From Prochlorococcus sp. AG-418-D13 (GTDB lineage Bacteria; Cyanobacteriota; Cyanobacteriia; PCC-6307; Cyanobiaceae): a stretch of 64,000 nucleotides of DNA. The stretch covers positions 23,547-87,546 of the forward strand of contig QCLU01000008.1 in NCBI GenBank assembly GCA_003214315.1, written 5' to 3'. Both the position numbers and the translations under genes were made by a program. The notes under the pieces were generated by a model, which was not told where the DNA came from, made no database searches, and was given only the letters and a program-made list of their open reading frames with translations. Below are positions 1-12,442 of the stretch, one piece after another; position 1 is the stretch's first letter; each line of letters opens with the position of its first letter.

Positions 1-126
1 GCATTATCAAGAAACAGTCTCAGTTGATAGAATAATGAGAATCCAGTCATAAAGATGAGGGTCACGGAAATTAATTTTACAAATTTCAATCTTACTAAAA
101 TATAAAGATTTTATATAAATCATAAG

Positions 127-190
127 TTTTCCACATACTTTAGATCAACAGATATTTTTTTAAAAAATGTTGTGGAAAAGTTGTGAAAAA
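127..190. promoter_or_regulatory. Cluster of three DnaA-box-like 9-mers: TTTTCCACA (127-135), its exact reverse complement TGTGGAAAA (171-179), and a one-mismatch copy TGTGAAAAA (182-190)
   Basis: Read directly from the sequence. TTTTCCACA is the consensus generally used for cyanobacterial DnaA boxes (from memory). Function here is unproven, and the two perfect copies could also form a 9-bp stem. Confidence 0.3.
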
Positions 191-241
191 ATTTTTTTTT
201 GAGGGGAAAATATTTCTAAAATTTCCAATTTTTTTTATCTT

Positions 242-613
242 TTAATCCATTGATTCCCACATGTTTTTTATTTCATAAAATAAATTTTGTGCAATTAGTA
301 TCGGCCAATACATTTCAAAAGATCTCGTTTGGTCTTGACTTACAAAAACAAACCTTAAACTCCATTCATTCTTTTTCCCTTCTAACTCAATATACCAAGG
401 TAGTTGTTCTAATTCTAAAGAAATAGATTCTTCATCCATTAATTCATCCTTGATAACTAAAAGTTGCTCATTAATTTTTAAAAGTAGAAGGTAAAGTGAG
501 TGGAATTCACTTTTTTGCAACTCTATTGACCAATTATCAACACTAATCAAAAAGCAAAATTTGCCTTTTTTAAAATCTTTAAGTAATCTCCATCTTTTTT
601 GGTCTTTTACCAA
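242..613 (-). CDS. Conserved cyanobacterial hypothetical protein (resembles DUF1818 from memory)
   Basis: 123-aa ORF. The only plausible start is TTG at 613, 2 nt after the stop of the 616-852 ORF, which is operon-like. The family name is recollection only. Confidence 0.55.
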   Translation of the reverse strand: MVKDQKRWRLLKDFKKGKFCFLISVDNWSIELQKSEFHSLYLLLLKINEQLLVIKDELMDEESISLELEQLPWYIELEGKKNEWSLRFVFVSQDQTRSFEMYWPILIAQNLFYEIKNMWESMD

Positions 614-615
614 AA

Positions 616-852
616 TTAGCCTGGAAGTAAATCTGGTTGATCTTGTTCATCGCTTAGTTCAATAATTGACCTTTGAACGGGTTTAATAGTTGACTCCTCT
701 AATAAGCCATCAAAATCATCAAAACGTCTTTGTTTAGCTCTGAAAGCAATTTTAACTGTAGTTAAATATCTATTAGTTGATTTTCTTATCAAGCTCTCAC
801 CTCTCTTTGCAAGATCATTAGAATTAACGCCTGCATTATTTGATATGTTCAT
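616..852 (-). CDS. Hypothetical small charged protein (78 aa)
   Basis: ATG start at 852. It is tightly coupled to the downstream 242-613 ORF and divergent from the Hsp70-like gene. No domain recognised. Confidence 0.5.
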   Translation of the reverse strand: MNISNNAGVNSNDLAKRGESLIRKSTNRYLTTVKIAFRAKQRRFDDFDGLLEESTIKPVQRSIIELSDEQDQPDLLPG

Positions 853-949
853 TAAAAAAAATTTTTACTATAAAATATATCTTACAGTTTACTCGACCGT
901 TTCAAAACATAAATTACAAAAAGAACTTAATTGATTCAAAAAATTTCAT

Positions 950-2518
950 ATGGAAGAAAGTTTATCTGGAACACTTGCTATTGATTTAGGGAACACTAAT
1001 ACTGTTATAGCTTTTCAAGATCAAAAAGATATAAATTCTGTTTTAATTGAAATTCCTAATATTACATCATCTCCAGGAGTTATTCCTACAGCAGTTTGGT
1101 TTGAGGGACCTTCAAAGATTCCTAAAATTGGTATTAGTGCTCTAAAGATGAGGGATAACTTAAATTCTAATTTGTTTTTTCATTCAAACTTTAAAAGATT
1201 AATTGGAAATTCTATTGAAAAAAATGACCAAAAAAATATCTTAACCCCTGCTGAATGTGGCGAAAAATTTTTTCAAATTTTATGGACAAACATCCCTCAC
1301 AAATATGAGATCAAAAGACTTGTTTTAACTGCTCCAATAGATACATATAAGGGTTACAGAGAATGGTTAGTTAACCTTTGTGATGAAATCTCTGTAGATG
1401 AAATAGCCCTTGTTGATGAGCCTACTGCGGCAAGTTTAGGAATAAATGTACCATTTGGTTCAAAAATTATGACATTAGATATTGGAGGAAGTACAATCGA
1501 TATGAATATAGTCAGAATAGAAGGGGGAGAAGGAAAGTCTGGTCCAATTGCTGAACTATTAAAATTTAAGGGTAATGACGTTAGCTCAATTTCAAAACAA
1601 AAAATAAGGTGTGCTGAAATAATTGGGAAAGCAGGCTCAAAAATTGGTGGAAAAGATTTTGATCAATGGATAGTTGATTATTTTGTTCCAGGTAATAATT
1701 ATGTATCTAATCTATTAAAGGCAGAAGAAATAAAATGTAAACTCAGCTCATCTGTAATCAAATATGAAAATAAATATCCAATAAAATTATTTACTGCACA
1801 AAATCAAGAAAGTGACTTTTACCTAAGTAAAGAAATATTTGAGAAAATCCTAATTGAAAATAATCTTCTTAATCACCTAAATTCTTTACTCAAAGATTTA
1901 TTAAATCAAGCAAGAGGCAAATTTTGCACAGTTGATGACTTAAATGCAATTGTTTTGGTTGGTGGAGGAACTCAAATACCTTTGATTAAAGAATGGATAA
2001 CAAAAAAAATTTCAAAAATTCAAATAAAATCGCCACCTCCTATTGAATCAATAGCTTTGGGAGCTTTAGCAATGACCCCGGGAGTAAAAATTAAAGACAT
2101 ATTAAACAAAGGATTATCTATAAGATTATTTAATAAAAGAGAACAAAAACACTTTTGGCATCCTATTTTTTGCAAAGGTCAAACATGGCCAACAGAAAAC
2201 CCATTTAAACTGATACTTCAATCCAGTAAAAATGATCAGAAAATATTCGAAATAATAATTGGAGAGACACAAAAAGAAAGAAGATATGATGTTGTTTTCG
2301 AAAACGGATTACCAAAGTTATCAGAGGTTCAAAATGAAGAAGAAATTATAAAGTGGGATAAAAAACCACTCAAAATAGTATTAAAAAATAAATCTAATAT
2401 TGGAGAAGACAACTTAAAACTTTTTTTTAAAATTACGAAAAATGCTGATTTATTAGTGAAGTGTTTTGATATTAAAGATGAATTTTTAGGAGAATATAAT
2501 TTAGGAAATATCTTCTAA
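950..2518 (+). CDS. Hsp70/DnaK-family ATPase-like protein, short paralogue with a divergent C-terminal half
   Basis: 522 aa. Hsp70 nucleotide-binding motifs are visible: AIDLGNTNT, VDEPTAASLG, LDIGGSTID and VLVGGGTQIP. No canonical DnaK lid or C-terminal tail recognised. Confidence 0.8.
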   Translation: MEESLSGTLAIDLGNTNTVIAFQDQKDINSVLIEIPNITSSPGVIPTAVWFEGPSKIPKIGISALKMRDNLNSNLFFHSNFKRLIGNSIEKNDQKNILTPAECGEKFFQILWTNIPHKYEIKRLVLTAPIDTYKGYREWLVNLCDEISVDEIALVDEPTAASLGINVPFGSKIMTLDIGGSTIDMNIVRIEGGEGKSGPIAELLKFKGNDVSSISKQKIRCAEIIGKAGSKIGGKDFDQWIVDYFVPGNNYVSNLLKAEEIKCKLSSSVIKYENKYPIKLFTAQNQESDFYLSKEIFEKILIENNLLNHLNSLLKDLLNQARGKFCTVDDLNAIVLVGGGTQIPLIKEWITKKISKIQIKSPPPIESIALGALAMTPGVKIKDILNKGLSIRLFNKREQKHFWHPIFCKGQTWPTENPFKLILQSSKNDQKIFEIIIGETQKERRYDVVFENGLPKLSEVQNEEEIIKWDKKPLKIVLKNKSNIGEDNLKLFFKITKNADLLVKCFDIKDEFLGEYNLGNIF

Positions 2519-2524
2519 AGCAAG

Positions 2525-3061
2525 CTATTCAAGAAAAACTCCTTCTTCATTATCAACATTATTTAAACGTAAACTAATACTTTCAATTTTACTAGTTGGC
2601 ACTTTTTTCCCACAAAAATCCGGCTGAATAGGTAATTCTCTATGACCTCTATCTATCATTACCAATAGCATCACTCTTTGGGGTCTGCCCCATGAATATA
2701 AAGCATCCATTGCAGCTCTAATTGTTCTACCTGTGTAAATTACATCATCTATTAAAAGAATTTCTTGTTTCTCAATAGGAGTTGGAATATCTGCAGCTTG
2801 TATTAGGCGAGTTCCAACTCTATTTTGATCATCTCTATAAAAAGTTGGATCAATTGTTCCTTTTCTAACTCTTAACCCTGTCCTAGAGAATAATTCCTTT
2901 TCTAGCACTTCTGTCAGCTCAATTCCTCTAGTCGGGATACCAACTAATAGAAGGTTATCCAATTTTTTTACTTTTTCAATAATTTCGGAAGTTAAACGCG
3001 AAATAGTTTTTCTAAGCTCAACTTCGGTAAGTATTACGATCTTTTTTGTTTTCTTGGACAT
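2525..3061 (-). CDS. pyrR: Bifunctional pyrimidine operon regulator / uracil phosphoribosyltransferase PyrR
   Basis: 178 aa. PRPP-binding motif LLIDDVIYTGRT, with typical PyrR length and N-terminus. Confidence 0.9.
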   Translation of the reverse strand: MSKKTKKIVILTEVELRKTISRLTSEIIEKVKKLDNLLLVGIPTRGIELTEVLEKELFSRTGLRVRKGTIDPTFYRDDQNRVGTRLIQAADIPTPIEKQEILLIDDVIYTGRTIRAAMDALYSWGRPQRVMLLVMIDRGHRELPIQPDFCGKKVPTSKIESISLRLNNVDNEEGVFLE

Positions 3062-3198
3062 AATTTATCACTAAAATAAAAGCCGTCTAATATTTTCATA
3101 AATTAGCAAAAGCTAACTATGTTAAATATAAATTGTTAAAGGGTAACGTTTGAAGCTAAATTTAAGGTTAGATCAGTTAAGATCGATTTGATCTAAAT

Positions 3199-4821
3199 AT
3201 GTCAAAGATTAGCAGCAAAAATATAAAAAGATTAAGTGTTCCTCAGAGCCCTGTAGTTCTAGCAATATTAGATGGATGGGGATATCGAAAAGAAAAATCA
3301 AATAATGCGATAAAAAATGCCAGTACACCAATCATGGACTCATTGTGGCATGCTTATCCCCACACCCTAATAAGTGCTAGTGGATCTGATGTAGGCCTCC
3401 CAAATGGTCAAATGGGTAATTCAGAGGTAGGACACCTTACCATAGGTTCAGGAAGAATAATACAACAGGAACTTGTAAGGATTTCAAATATTGTAAAAAA
3501 TAATCAGTTAGGCTTGGTTAATGAGTTAAAACAGATGGCTGATTCATTAAAGAAAAAAAATTCTACTTTGCATATAACGGGATTATGTTCGGATGGAGGA
3601 GTACATAGTCATATTGATCATTTGTTGGGCTTAATAAAATGGGCATCTGATAATGAAATCAAAAAAGTTGCAATCCATATTATTACTGATGGAAGAGATA
3701 CTCCTGCAAAAAGTGCTTCTAAATATTTAAATCAAATAGAATCATGTATAAAAAAATTTAATACAGGTGAAATAGCTTCCATATGCGGAAGATACTGGAT
3801 AATGGATAGAAATCTTTTATGGGATAGAACAGAAAAAGCATATGCTAATTTGACTGATCCAGATATTCAAACAACAAATATTTCTCCTCAGGATTACATA
3901 GAAAAAAGTTATGCCAACAACATAACCGATGAATTTATAGAGCCCATACGAATTTCTGAAAACTATCTTAAAGATGGGGATAGTTTAATTTGCTTTAACT
4001 TTCGTCCAGACAGAGCAAGACAAATAGTCAGATCTCTTTCAATTAAGGAATTTTCAGACTTTGAAAGAAAAAATTATCCAAATCTAGATTTTGTCACTTT
4101 TACTCAATATGATCAGAACTTCCCCGTTAAAGTTGCATTTCCTCCAGAATCACTCAATAATTTTATAGGCCAAATAGTTTCAGAAAACGGACTTAAGCAA
4201 TACAGAACCGCTGAAACAGAAAAATATCCTCATGTAACATACTTTTTCAATGGAGGAGTTGAAATTCCTTTACCTGGAGAAGAGAGGCATTTGATTCCAT
4301 CTCCAAGAGTCGCAACTTATGATATGGAACCCGAAATGTCTGCAGAGGAACTAACTATTAGTTGCTCTAAAGCAATTAAAAGTGGAAATTATGCTTTTGT
4401 TGTAATCAATTTTGCCAATCCTGATATGGTTGGTCATACAGGTAACATGGATGCAACAATTAAAGCTATAGAAAAAGTAGATAATTGTATAGGTCAAATA
4501 GTTAATGCTACTGGAGAAATGGGTGGAAGCATTCTTATTACAGCCGATCATGGTAACGCAGAAGTTATGAAAGGACCTGAAGGAGAACCATGGACAGCTC
4601 ACACAATAAATAAAGTTCCATTAATTTTGATTGAAGGTGAAAAAAGAAAAATCCCAAATATGGGAAATGAAATTAATTTAAGAGATAATGCCGGCTTAGC
4701 AGATATTGCTCCCACTTTATTGCAATTATTAAATCTCCCAATACCAAGAGAAATGACAGGCAAATCACTTATTCAAGAAATTGAATTAAAAGGTTATAAT
4801 AAAGTAGTTCAACACGTTTAA
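3199..4821 (+). CDS. gpmI: 2,3-bisphosphoglycerate-independent phosphoglycerate mutase
   Basis: 540 aa. iPGM hallmarks GNSEVGH and ITADHGNAE, collinear with iPGM throughout. Confidence 0.95.
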   Translation: MSKISSKNIKRLSVPQSPVVLAILDGWGYRKEKSNNAIKNASTPIMDSLWHAYPHTLISASGSDVGLPNGQMGNSEVGHLTIGSGRIIQQELVRISNIVKNNQLGLVNELKQMADSLKKKNSTLHITGLCSDGGVHSHIDHLLGLIKWASDNEIKKVAIHIITDGRDTPAKSASKYLNQIESCIKKFNTGEIASICGRYWIMDRNLLWDRTEKAYANLTDPDIQTTNISPQDYIEKSYANNITDEFIEPIRISENYLKDGDSLICFNFRPDRARQIVRSLSIKEFSDFERKNYPNLDFVTFTQYDQNFPVKVAFPPESLNNFIGQIVSENGLKQYRTAETEKYPHVTYFFNGGVEIPLPGEERHLIPSPRVATYDMEPEMSAEELTISCSKAIKSGNYAFVVINFANPDMVGHTGNMDATIKAIEKVDNCIGQIVNATGEMGGSILITADHGNAEVMKGPEGEPWTAHTINKVPLILIEGEKRKIPNMGNEINLRDNAGLADIAPTLLQLLNLPIPREMTGKSLIQEIELKGYNKVVQHV

Positions 4822-4844
4822 AGTTAATAAAAGTATTTTAAGCA

Positions 4845-5072
4845 ATGATTCAAATTATTAGTTGGGTATGGGTAGTTTCTGGTATTCTTCTCATTCTCTT
4901 AGTTTTACTTCATAGTCCTAAAGGTGATGGAATGGGAGGAATAGCTGCGAGTGGAAGCTCTATGTTCAACAGCGCAAGTAGTGCAGAAGCCTCTCTAAAC
5001 AAAATAACTTGGACTTTTTTAATAATATTTTTGTCTCTTGCAATTATTCTCAGCGCTGGTTGGATTTCATAA
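4845..5072 (+). CDS. secG: Preprotein translocase subunit SecG
   Basis: 75 aa. Two hydrophobic helices flank a Gly/Ser-rich loop (SPKGDGMGGIAASGSS). Confidence 0.85.
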   Translation: MIQIISWVWVVSGILLILLVLLHSPKGDGMGGIAASGSSMFNSASSAEASLNKITWTFLIIFLSLAIILSAGWIS

Positions 5073-5083
5073 AAGTTGAATAA

Positions 5084-5112
5084 AAAAAGGACCATTTTGA
5101 ATGATCCTTTTT
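5084..5112. terminator. Bidirectional intrinsic terminator between convergent secG and groEL
   Basis: Hairpin with left arm AAAAAGGACCATT and right arm AATGATCCTTTTT, carrying one internal mismatch and a 3-nt loop. It is flanked by an A-run on the left and a T-run on the right, so each strand sees a stem followed by a U-tract. Confidence 0.6.
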
Positions 5113-5142
5113 ATAAAATTAATTATAATGACTATCGTTTAT

Positions 5143-6807
<1,665 letters not shown>

Positions 6808-6831
6808 TTAATAATTTTTGAAACAAATACT

Positions 6832-7143
6832 TTAGCTTACTACAGCCAAAATATCCTTTTCTGAGAGCAAGACATATTCATCTCCTCCCAATTTAATGTC
6901 TGTGCCAGCATATTTGCTGTACAAAACTTTATCGCCAATACTCACTTCTGGAGTTTGTCGAGAACCATCGTCATTAAGTTTGCCAGGGCCCACCTGAGCA
7001 ACTTCTCCAACCTGTGGTTTTTCTTTAGCCGAATCAGGCAAAAGAATGCCCCCAGCAGTTTTTTCCTCAGATGCGGAAACTTTAATAAATATTCTATCTC
7101 CCAGTGGTTTTACTGTAGAGACTGTAAGTGAAACAGCTGCCAT
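6832..7143 (-). CDS. groES: Co-chaperonin GroES (Cpn10)
   Basis: 103 aa. Canonical GroES sequence ([11 protein letters not shown] ... [12 protein letters not shown]). Confidence 0.97.
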
Positions 7144-7260
7144 AAATTAATGGAGTATCATGTTTGAGACGCTTTGCGTCATAAAAATGGAAAGAGAAAA
7201 TCTCTATCCGTATCATCAACAACATAATCTGCAAAGCGGCAATTAAACCATACTTAAACT

Positions 7261-7276
7261 GTGCGGGTGGCCGAAC
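7261..7276 (-). promoter_or_regulatory. K-box-like element upstream of groESL (GTTCGGCCACCCGCAC on the groES strand)
   Basis: The reverse complement of 7261-7276 fits GTTCGG-NNAN-CCNNAC, the K-box consensus reported for cyanobacterial groE promoters (quoted from memory). It is a GC-rich island in an AT-rich spacer, 118-133 nt upstream of the groES ATG. Confidence 0.45.
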
Positions 7277-7359
7277 CCATTTAACGAATCTACCCATGAG
7301 ATGGTAGTATTTTCGGATTATGAGCTGTTTAAAATCAGCTATTCATCACCAATAGATAA

Positions 7360-8823
<1,464 letters not shown>

Positions 8824-8867
8824 ATATCTGAAAATAAATATATTTAACCTTCAATAATTTTAAATTT

Positions 8868-9272
8868 ATGGCAATTTCTCTAAAAGTTTTAGCTCCTAAT
8901 AAAAATGTTTATCAAGGCGAAGCTGAAGAAGTAATCCTTCCTAGTACTACTGGTCAACTTGGTATACTTCCAGGACATATCTCTTTAGTTACTGCGATAG
9001 ATATTGGCGTTTTAAGGCTAAGAATGAATTCCCAGTGGAAATCAATAGCCCTAATGGGAGGCTTCGCTGAAATTGAATCAGATGAAGTAATAGTTTTAGT
9101 AAATAATGCTGAAATTGGTTCTGAGATTAATGTTCAAAATGCCGAACAAGATCTTAAAGAAGCAAAATTAGCAATAAGCAAATTTTCTGAAAATGAAAAA
9201 AGTCCAGAAAAAATTAAAGCCTTAAAAGAGGTATCGAAGGCTGAGGCGAGGATTCAAGCTTCCAAAAACTGA
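8868..9272 (+). CDS. atpC: F1 ATP synthase epsilon subunit (atpE in cyanobacterial nomenclature)
   Basis: 134 aa. Follows the beta subunit gene, with typical epsilon N-terminal beta-sandwich sequence. Confidence 0.93.
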   Translation: MAISLKVLAPNKNVYQGEAEEVILPSTTGQLGILPGHISLVTAIDIGVLRLRMNSQWKSIALMGGFAEIESDEVIVLVNNAEIGSEINVQNAEQDLKEAKLAISKFSENEKSPEKIKALKEVSKAEARIQASKN

Positions 9273-9275
9273 TTT

Positions 9276-9743
9276 TTAAGCAGTTCCACAAAAAGTTACT
9301 TCAGGGAACTTTAACTTGGCCTCTTCTAATTTTTTGGTTTTACCCTCTTCTTGCCAATAATTTATTACTTCTGTAGCTTTATTCAATATTTCCACTCTTT
9401 CATTATCTGTAATCCAACCTTTGTTCTCTAGTTCACTTTTTAATTTTTCCCAAGCATCATCTCTTGGCCAGAAATAATAAGCAGTAAGAGGGCTTGGGCC
9501 TCCTCCTACTATTTGATCAACAGCTAAAGCAACATTATCAGGTAACCATAATACTTTTATAATGAATCTTCCTTCGTCAGGTTTAGGAGTATAACCAGTA
9601 GGTACTCCATCTTCATCAATTGTGGCAGCTGCTAATACAGCTGTTGCGCCCATCATTCCTGAATTAGGAGAAGAATTTTTGGACTTTGGGTCATCACTGT
9701 TTTTTTCTTTTGAATTTTGATTTAACTTATCTGAGGGGGTCAT
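9276..9743 (-). CDS. Probable 30S ribosomal protein PSRP-3 / Ycf65-like, with a low-complexity N-terminal extension
   Basis: The core [40 protein letters not shown] matches the Ycf65/PSRP-3 family as I remember it. The N-terminal ~55 aa are Ser/Asn/Lys-rich. Confidence 0.7.
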   Translation of the reverse strand: MTPSDKLNQNSKEKNSDDPKSKNSSPNSGMMGATAVLAAATIDEDGVPTGYTPKPDEGRFIIKVLWLPDNVALAVDQIVGGGPSPLTAYYFWPRDDAWEKLKSELENKGWITDNERVEILNKATEVINYWQEEGKTKKLEEAKLKFPEVTFCGTA

Positions 9744-9848
9744 TCACTTATTTATGTTTAATAAATAATTTATCAGTTTATGGTCACATTTTGATTGATT
9801 TATTCAAAATTTCTTGATTTTAGTTATTGATACTTCAATACAGAATTT

Positions 9849-10007
9849 TTATCTATCATGGGGGACTTGATAAAAATCATAAATTGTAGCTTCCAATGAA
9901 TCCCAAAGGTCTTTAGGGATATCGTTTTCTTCTGCAAACATTCCAAGCTGACTAGCCAAGCCTCTTGCTTGAGAAAGTTTCGAATCATTTGAATCTGAAT
10001 TATTCAT
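9849..10007 (-). CDS. Candidate small ORF (52 aa), hypothetical
   Basis: Hand translation gives MNNSDSNDSKLSQARGLASQLGMFAEENDIPKDLWDSLEATIYDFYQVPHDR. It is co-directional with pepP and the ycf65-like gene, fills an otherwise empty 315-bp spacer, and is below the ORF-track length cutoff. Confidence 0.35.
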   Translation of the reverse strand: MNNSDSNDSKLSQARGLASQLGMFAEENDIPKDLWDSLEATIYDFYQVPHDR

Positions 10008-10058
10008 TTTAGAACTTTAAACTCTATAAAATAAATCTATTGATTAGATAAGTCAAAT

Positions 10059-11384
10059 TTAAAATTCTAAATCAGAAATTTCTTTTAGTGCAGCAATACT
10101 TAAAACTTCTGGGTTTGTATCATTGACCAGAACATCATCTTCTATTCTTATCCCAATACCTTTCCATTTCTCGTCAATAATAGGTTGCCCCTCAGGGACT
10201 GGGATCCTATCACTTATATAGATCCCAGGTTCTACAGTAAGAATCATTCCATTCTGCAATGGCACTTGATAGTCTCCCATTCTATATGCTCCAACATCAT
10301 GAACGTCTAAGCCGAGCCAATGGCCAGTTCTATGCATGTAAAGGTGTTTATAAGATTGATTCTCAATTATTTCCTCAGTACTGCCTGCCAATAAACCAAC
10401 TTCTTTTAATCCTTCTATCAGAATTTTTAAAGCAGCACTATGAACAGTACTGGAATTAGATCCAGTTACGGCACTTTTAATTGCATTTTTCTGCGCAAGT
10501 AATACAATTTCGTAGATAATTTTTTGCTCTTTAGAAAATTTTCCACCTATAGGAATTGTTCTTGTTATGTCTCCATTGTAATAATCGATTAGTGAGCAAC
10601 CAGCATCTACCAACAATAAATCTCCCTTATTTAAGGATGAGTTATTTGAAGTGTAATGCAAAATACATGCATTATCTCCTGAAGCGACAATAGAGTTGTA
10701 AGCAGGGCCCCGAGCACCTTTTTCTAAAAAGAATCCTTCTAGAAGACCCTGAATTTGTCTTTCATTGTTCTTGGATGAGATAGATTCTCTAACTAGTTCA
10801 TGAGCTTCTGCTGAAATTTGTATAGCCTCTCTCATTCTCTTAATTTCAAATTCACTTTTAATTAATCTCATCTCATTTAAATAAATTTCTGGAGATTTTA
10901 TAGAATTTGCACCAATCCCTAATCTTGAGCGGTTTTCAAGTTGTTGTGAAAATATCTCTAGTACTATTTTCTCAATTAATGGATGCTTGCCAATTGAAAA
11001 AACAATCTCATCAGAACCATTTATATAATCTGGGAGTAAATCTCTTAGTTCGGTTATTGAATGAGCCTTATCAGCCTTAAACTCTTTTTCAGCTCCGTCT
11101 AAACCCCATCTAAAGCCATGCCAGACTTCACTTATAACATCTTTAGGAGCAACAAACATAATAAATCTCTCTCCTTTTGGCTTGTGCGATAAGAAAAGAG
11201 CAATTGCGTCCGGCTCGTCAAAACCAGTTAAATACCAAAAATTACTATCTTGTCTAAAAGGATATTCACAATCGGCATGATGCTTTACAAGATTAGCACC
11301 AGGGATAATAGCAGCTTTTCCGCCTAATTTATTTAAGAAAATTTCTCTTCTTTCTTCAAAAACTTTTTTGTCAGGTTTAAACAT
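10059..11384 (-). CDS. pepP: Xaa-Pro aminopeptidase (M24B family)
   Basis: 441 aa. Metal-ligand region HRTGHWLGLDVHDVG and EPG..GIRIED motifs, plus an N-terminal AMP_N-like domain. Confidence 0.9.
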   Translation of the reverse strand: MFKPDKKVFEERREIFLNKLGGKAAIIPGANLVKHHADCEYPFRQDSNFWYLTGFDEPDAIALFLSHKPKGERFIMFVAPKDVISEVWHGFRWGLDGAEKEFKADKAHSITELRDLLPDYINGSDEIVFSIGKHPLIEKIVLEIFSQQLENRSRLGIGANSIKSPEIYLNEMRLIKSEFEIKRMREAIQISAEAHELVRESISSKNNERQIQGLLEGFFLEKGARGPAYNSIVASGDNACILHYTSNNSSLNKGDLLLVDAGCSLIDYYNGDITRTIPIGGKFSKEQKIIYEIVLLAQKNAIKSAVTGSNSSTVHSAALKILIEGLKEVGLLAGSTEEIIENQSYKHLYMHRTGHWLGLDVHDVGAYRMGDYQVPLQNGMILTVEPGIYISDRIPVPEGQPIIDEKWKGIGIRIEDDVLVNDTNPEVLSIAALKEISDLEF

Positions 11385-11458
11385 AAATTGAGTATTGGCG
11401 TATTTTAAAAAAAAATGGAAGAATGAATTAATACAGATTTAGTACCTAATCTATTTTA

Positions 11459-12442
11459 ATGGAACCAAGTGTTTACGGTTTAATTTTACTTATAGCTATT
11501 ATTTTAATTGGGTCAGCATGTTGTTCGGGAGTAGAGGCAGCTTTTTTAGCTGTAAATTCAATAAGAATTCTAGAAATAGCTTCAAAACAAAAGCCAAAAA
11601 GTTCTGCAAATCAACTCCTTAAACTTAGAAAACATCTTGGCAGGACATTAACTGTAATTACTATTACTAATAATGGATTTAACATAATTGGGAGTCTTAT
11701 TTTAGGTGTATACGGAGCATTGGTAATTAATAGTAGTTATGGCTTAACCCTTTTTTCCATTGCTTTCTACATACTTGTTGTCTTAGTCGGAGAAGTACTA
11801 CCAAAAGCTCTTGGCACAAGATTTTCAGTTCAAATAGCATTATTATCTGTTCCCATATTGAGAATATTAAATAATTTAATGAGGCCATTCTTAATATTAA
11901 TAGAACAAATATTTCCCGTTATTACTGCAGAAAATGAAATCTCTACTGATGAAGAAGAAATTAGACAAATGGCAAAAATTGGAAGTCAGAAAGGTTTGAT
12001 AGAGGCTGATGAAGCAGCAATGATATTTAAAGTTTTTCAATTAAACGATTTAAAAGCTAAAGATTTAATGATCCCAAGGGTATCAGTACCTTGTCTTGAT
12101 GGATCTTCGAATCTTGAAGAAATTTCAAAACTCATACTGTCTAATAACTCTCCATGGTGGATTATTTTGGGAGATAAAGTTGACAAAATACAGGGGGCAG
12201 TTGAGCGTGAGAGAATGTTGGCAGAATTAATTAAAGGAGAAAATAAAAAATTATTATCAGAAATTTGCGAACCTGTAGACTACATTCCCGAAATGATTAA
12301 GGCAGATCAATTATTAACAAGATTTGACAAGAACTATAAAGGAGTAAAAGTAGTAGTAGATGAATTTGGGGGATTCGTGGGGATTATTGGTGCAGAAGCT
12401 GTGTTATCTGTATTAGCTGGCTGGTGGAAAAAAAAATCATGA
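11459..12442 (+). CDS. DUF21/CNNM-type membrane protein with CBS-pair region (TlyC/CorC-like, lacking the CorC_HlyC C-terminal domain)
   Basis: 327 aa. Four N-terminal TM helices including the GEVLPKALG motif, followed by a CBS-like region. Confidence 0.8.
   Translation: MEPSVYGLILLIAIILIGSACCSGVEAAFLAVNSIRILEIASKQKPKSSANQLLKLRKHLGRTLTVITITNNGFNIIGSLILGVYGALVINSSYGLTLFSIAFYILVVLVGEVLPKALGTRFSVQIALLSVPILRILNNLMRPFLILIEQIFPVITAENEISTDEEEIRQMAKIGSQKGLIEADEAAMIFKVFQLNDLKAKDLMIPRVSVPCLDGSSNLEEISKLILSNNSPWWIILGDKVDKIQGAVERERMLAELIKGENKKLLSEICEPVDYIPEMIKADQLLTRFDKNYKGVKVVVDEFGGFVGIIGAEAVLSVLAGWWKKKS

Noticed and set aside
11-124. 37-codon minus-strand ORF (MIYIKSLYFSKIEICKINF...) at the left edge
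   Set aside because: It is short and AT-driven, with no motif. It adjoins the DnaA-box-like cluster (127-190), so the region is more plausibly non-coding.
4351-5095. Minus-strand ORFs 4351-4602 (inside gpmI) and 4910-5095 (inside secG and its terminator)
   Set aside because: They are antisense shadow frames within supported genes. The second runs through the bidirectional terminator hairpin.
7094-7297. 67-aa minus-strand ORF overlapping the groES start and the upstream spacer
   Set aside because: It overlaps the well-supported groES N-terminus out of frame and runs through the K-box-like element. It has no motif support, so the region is more likely a leader or promoter.
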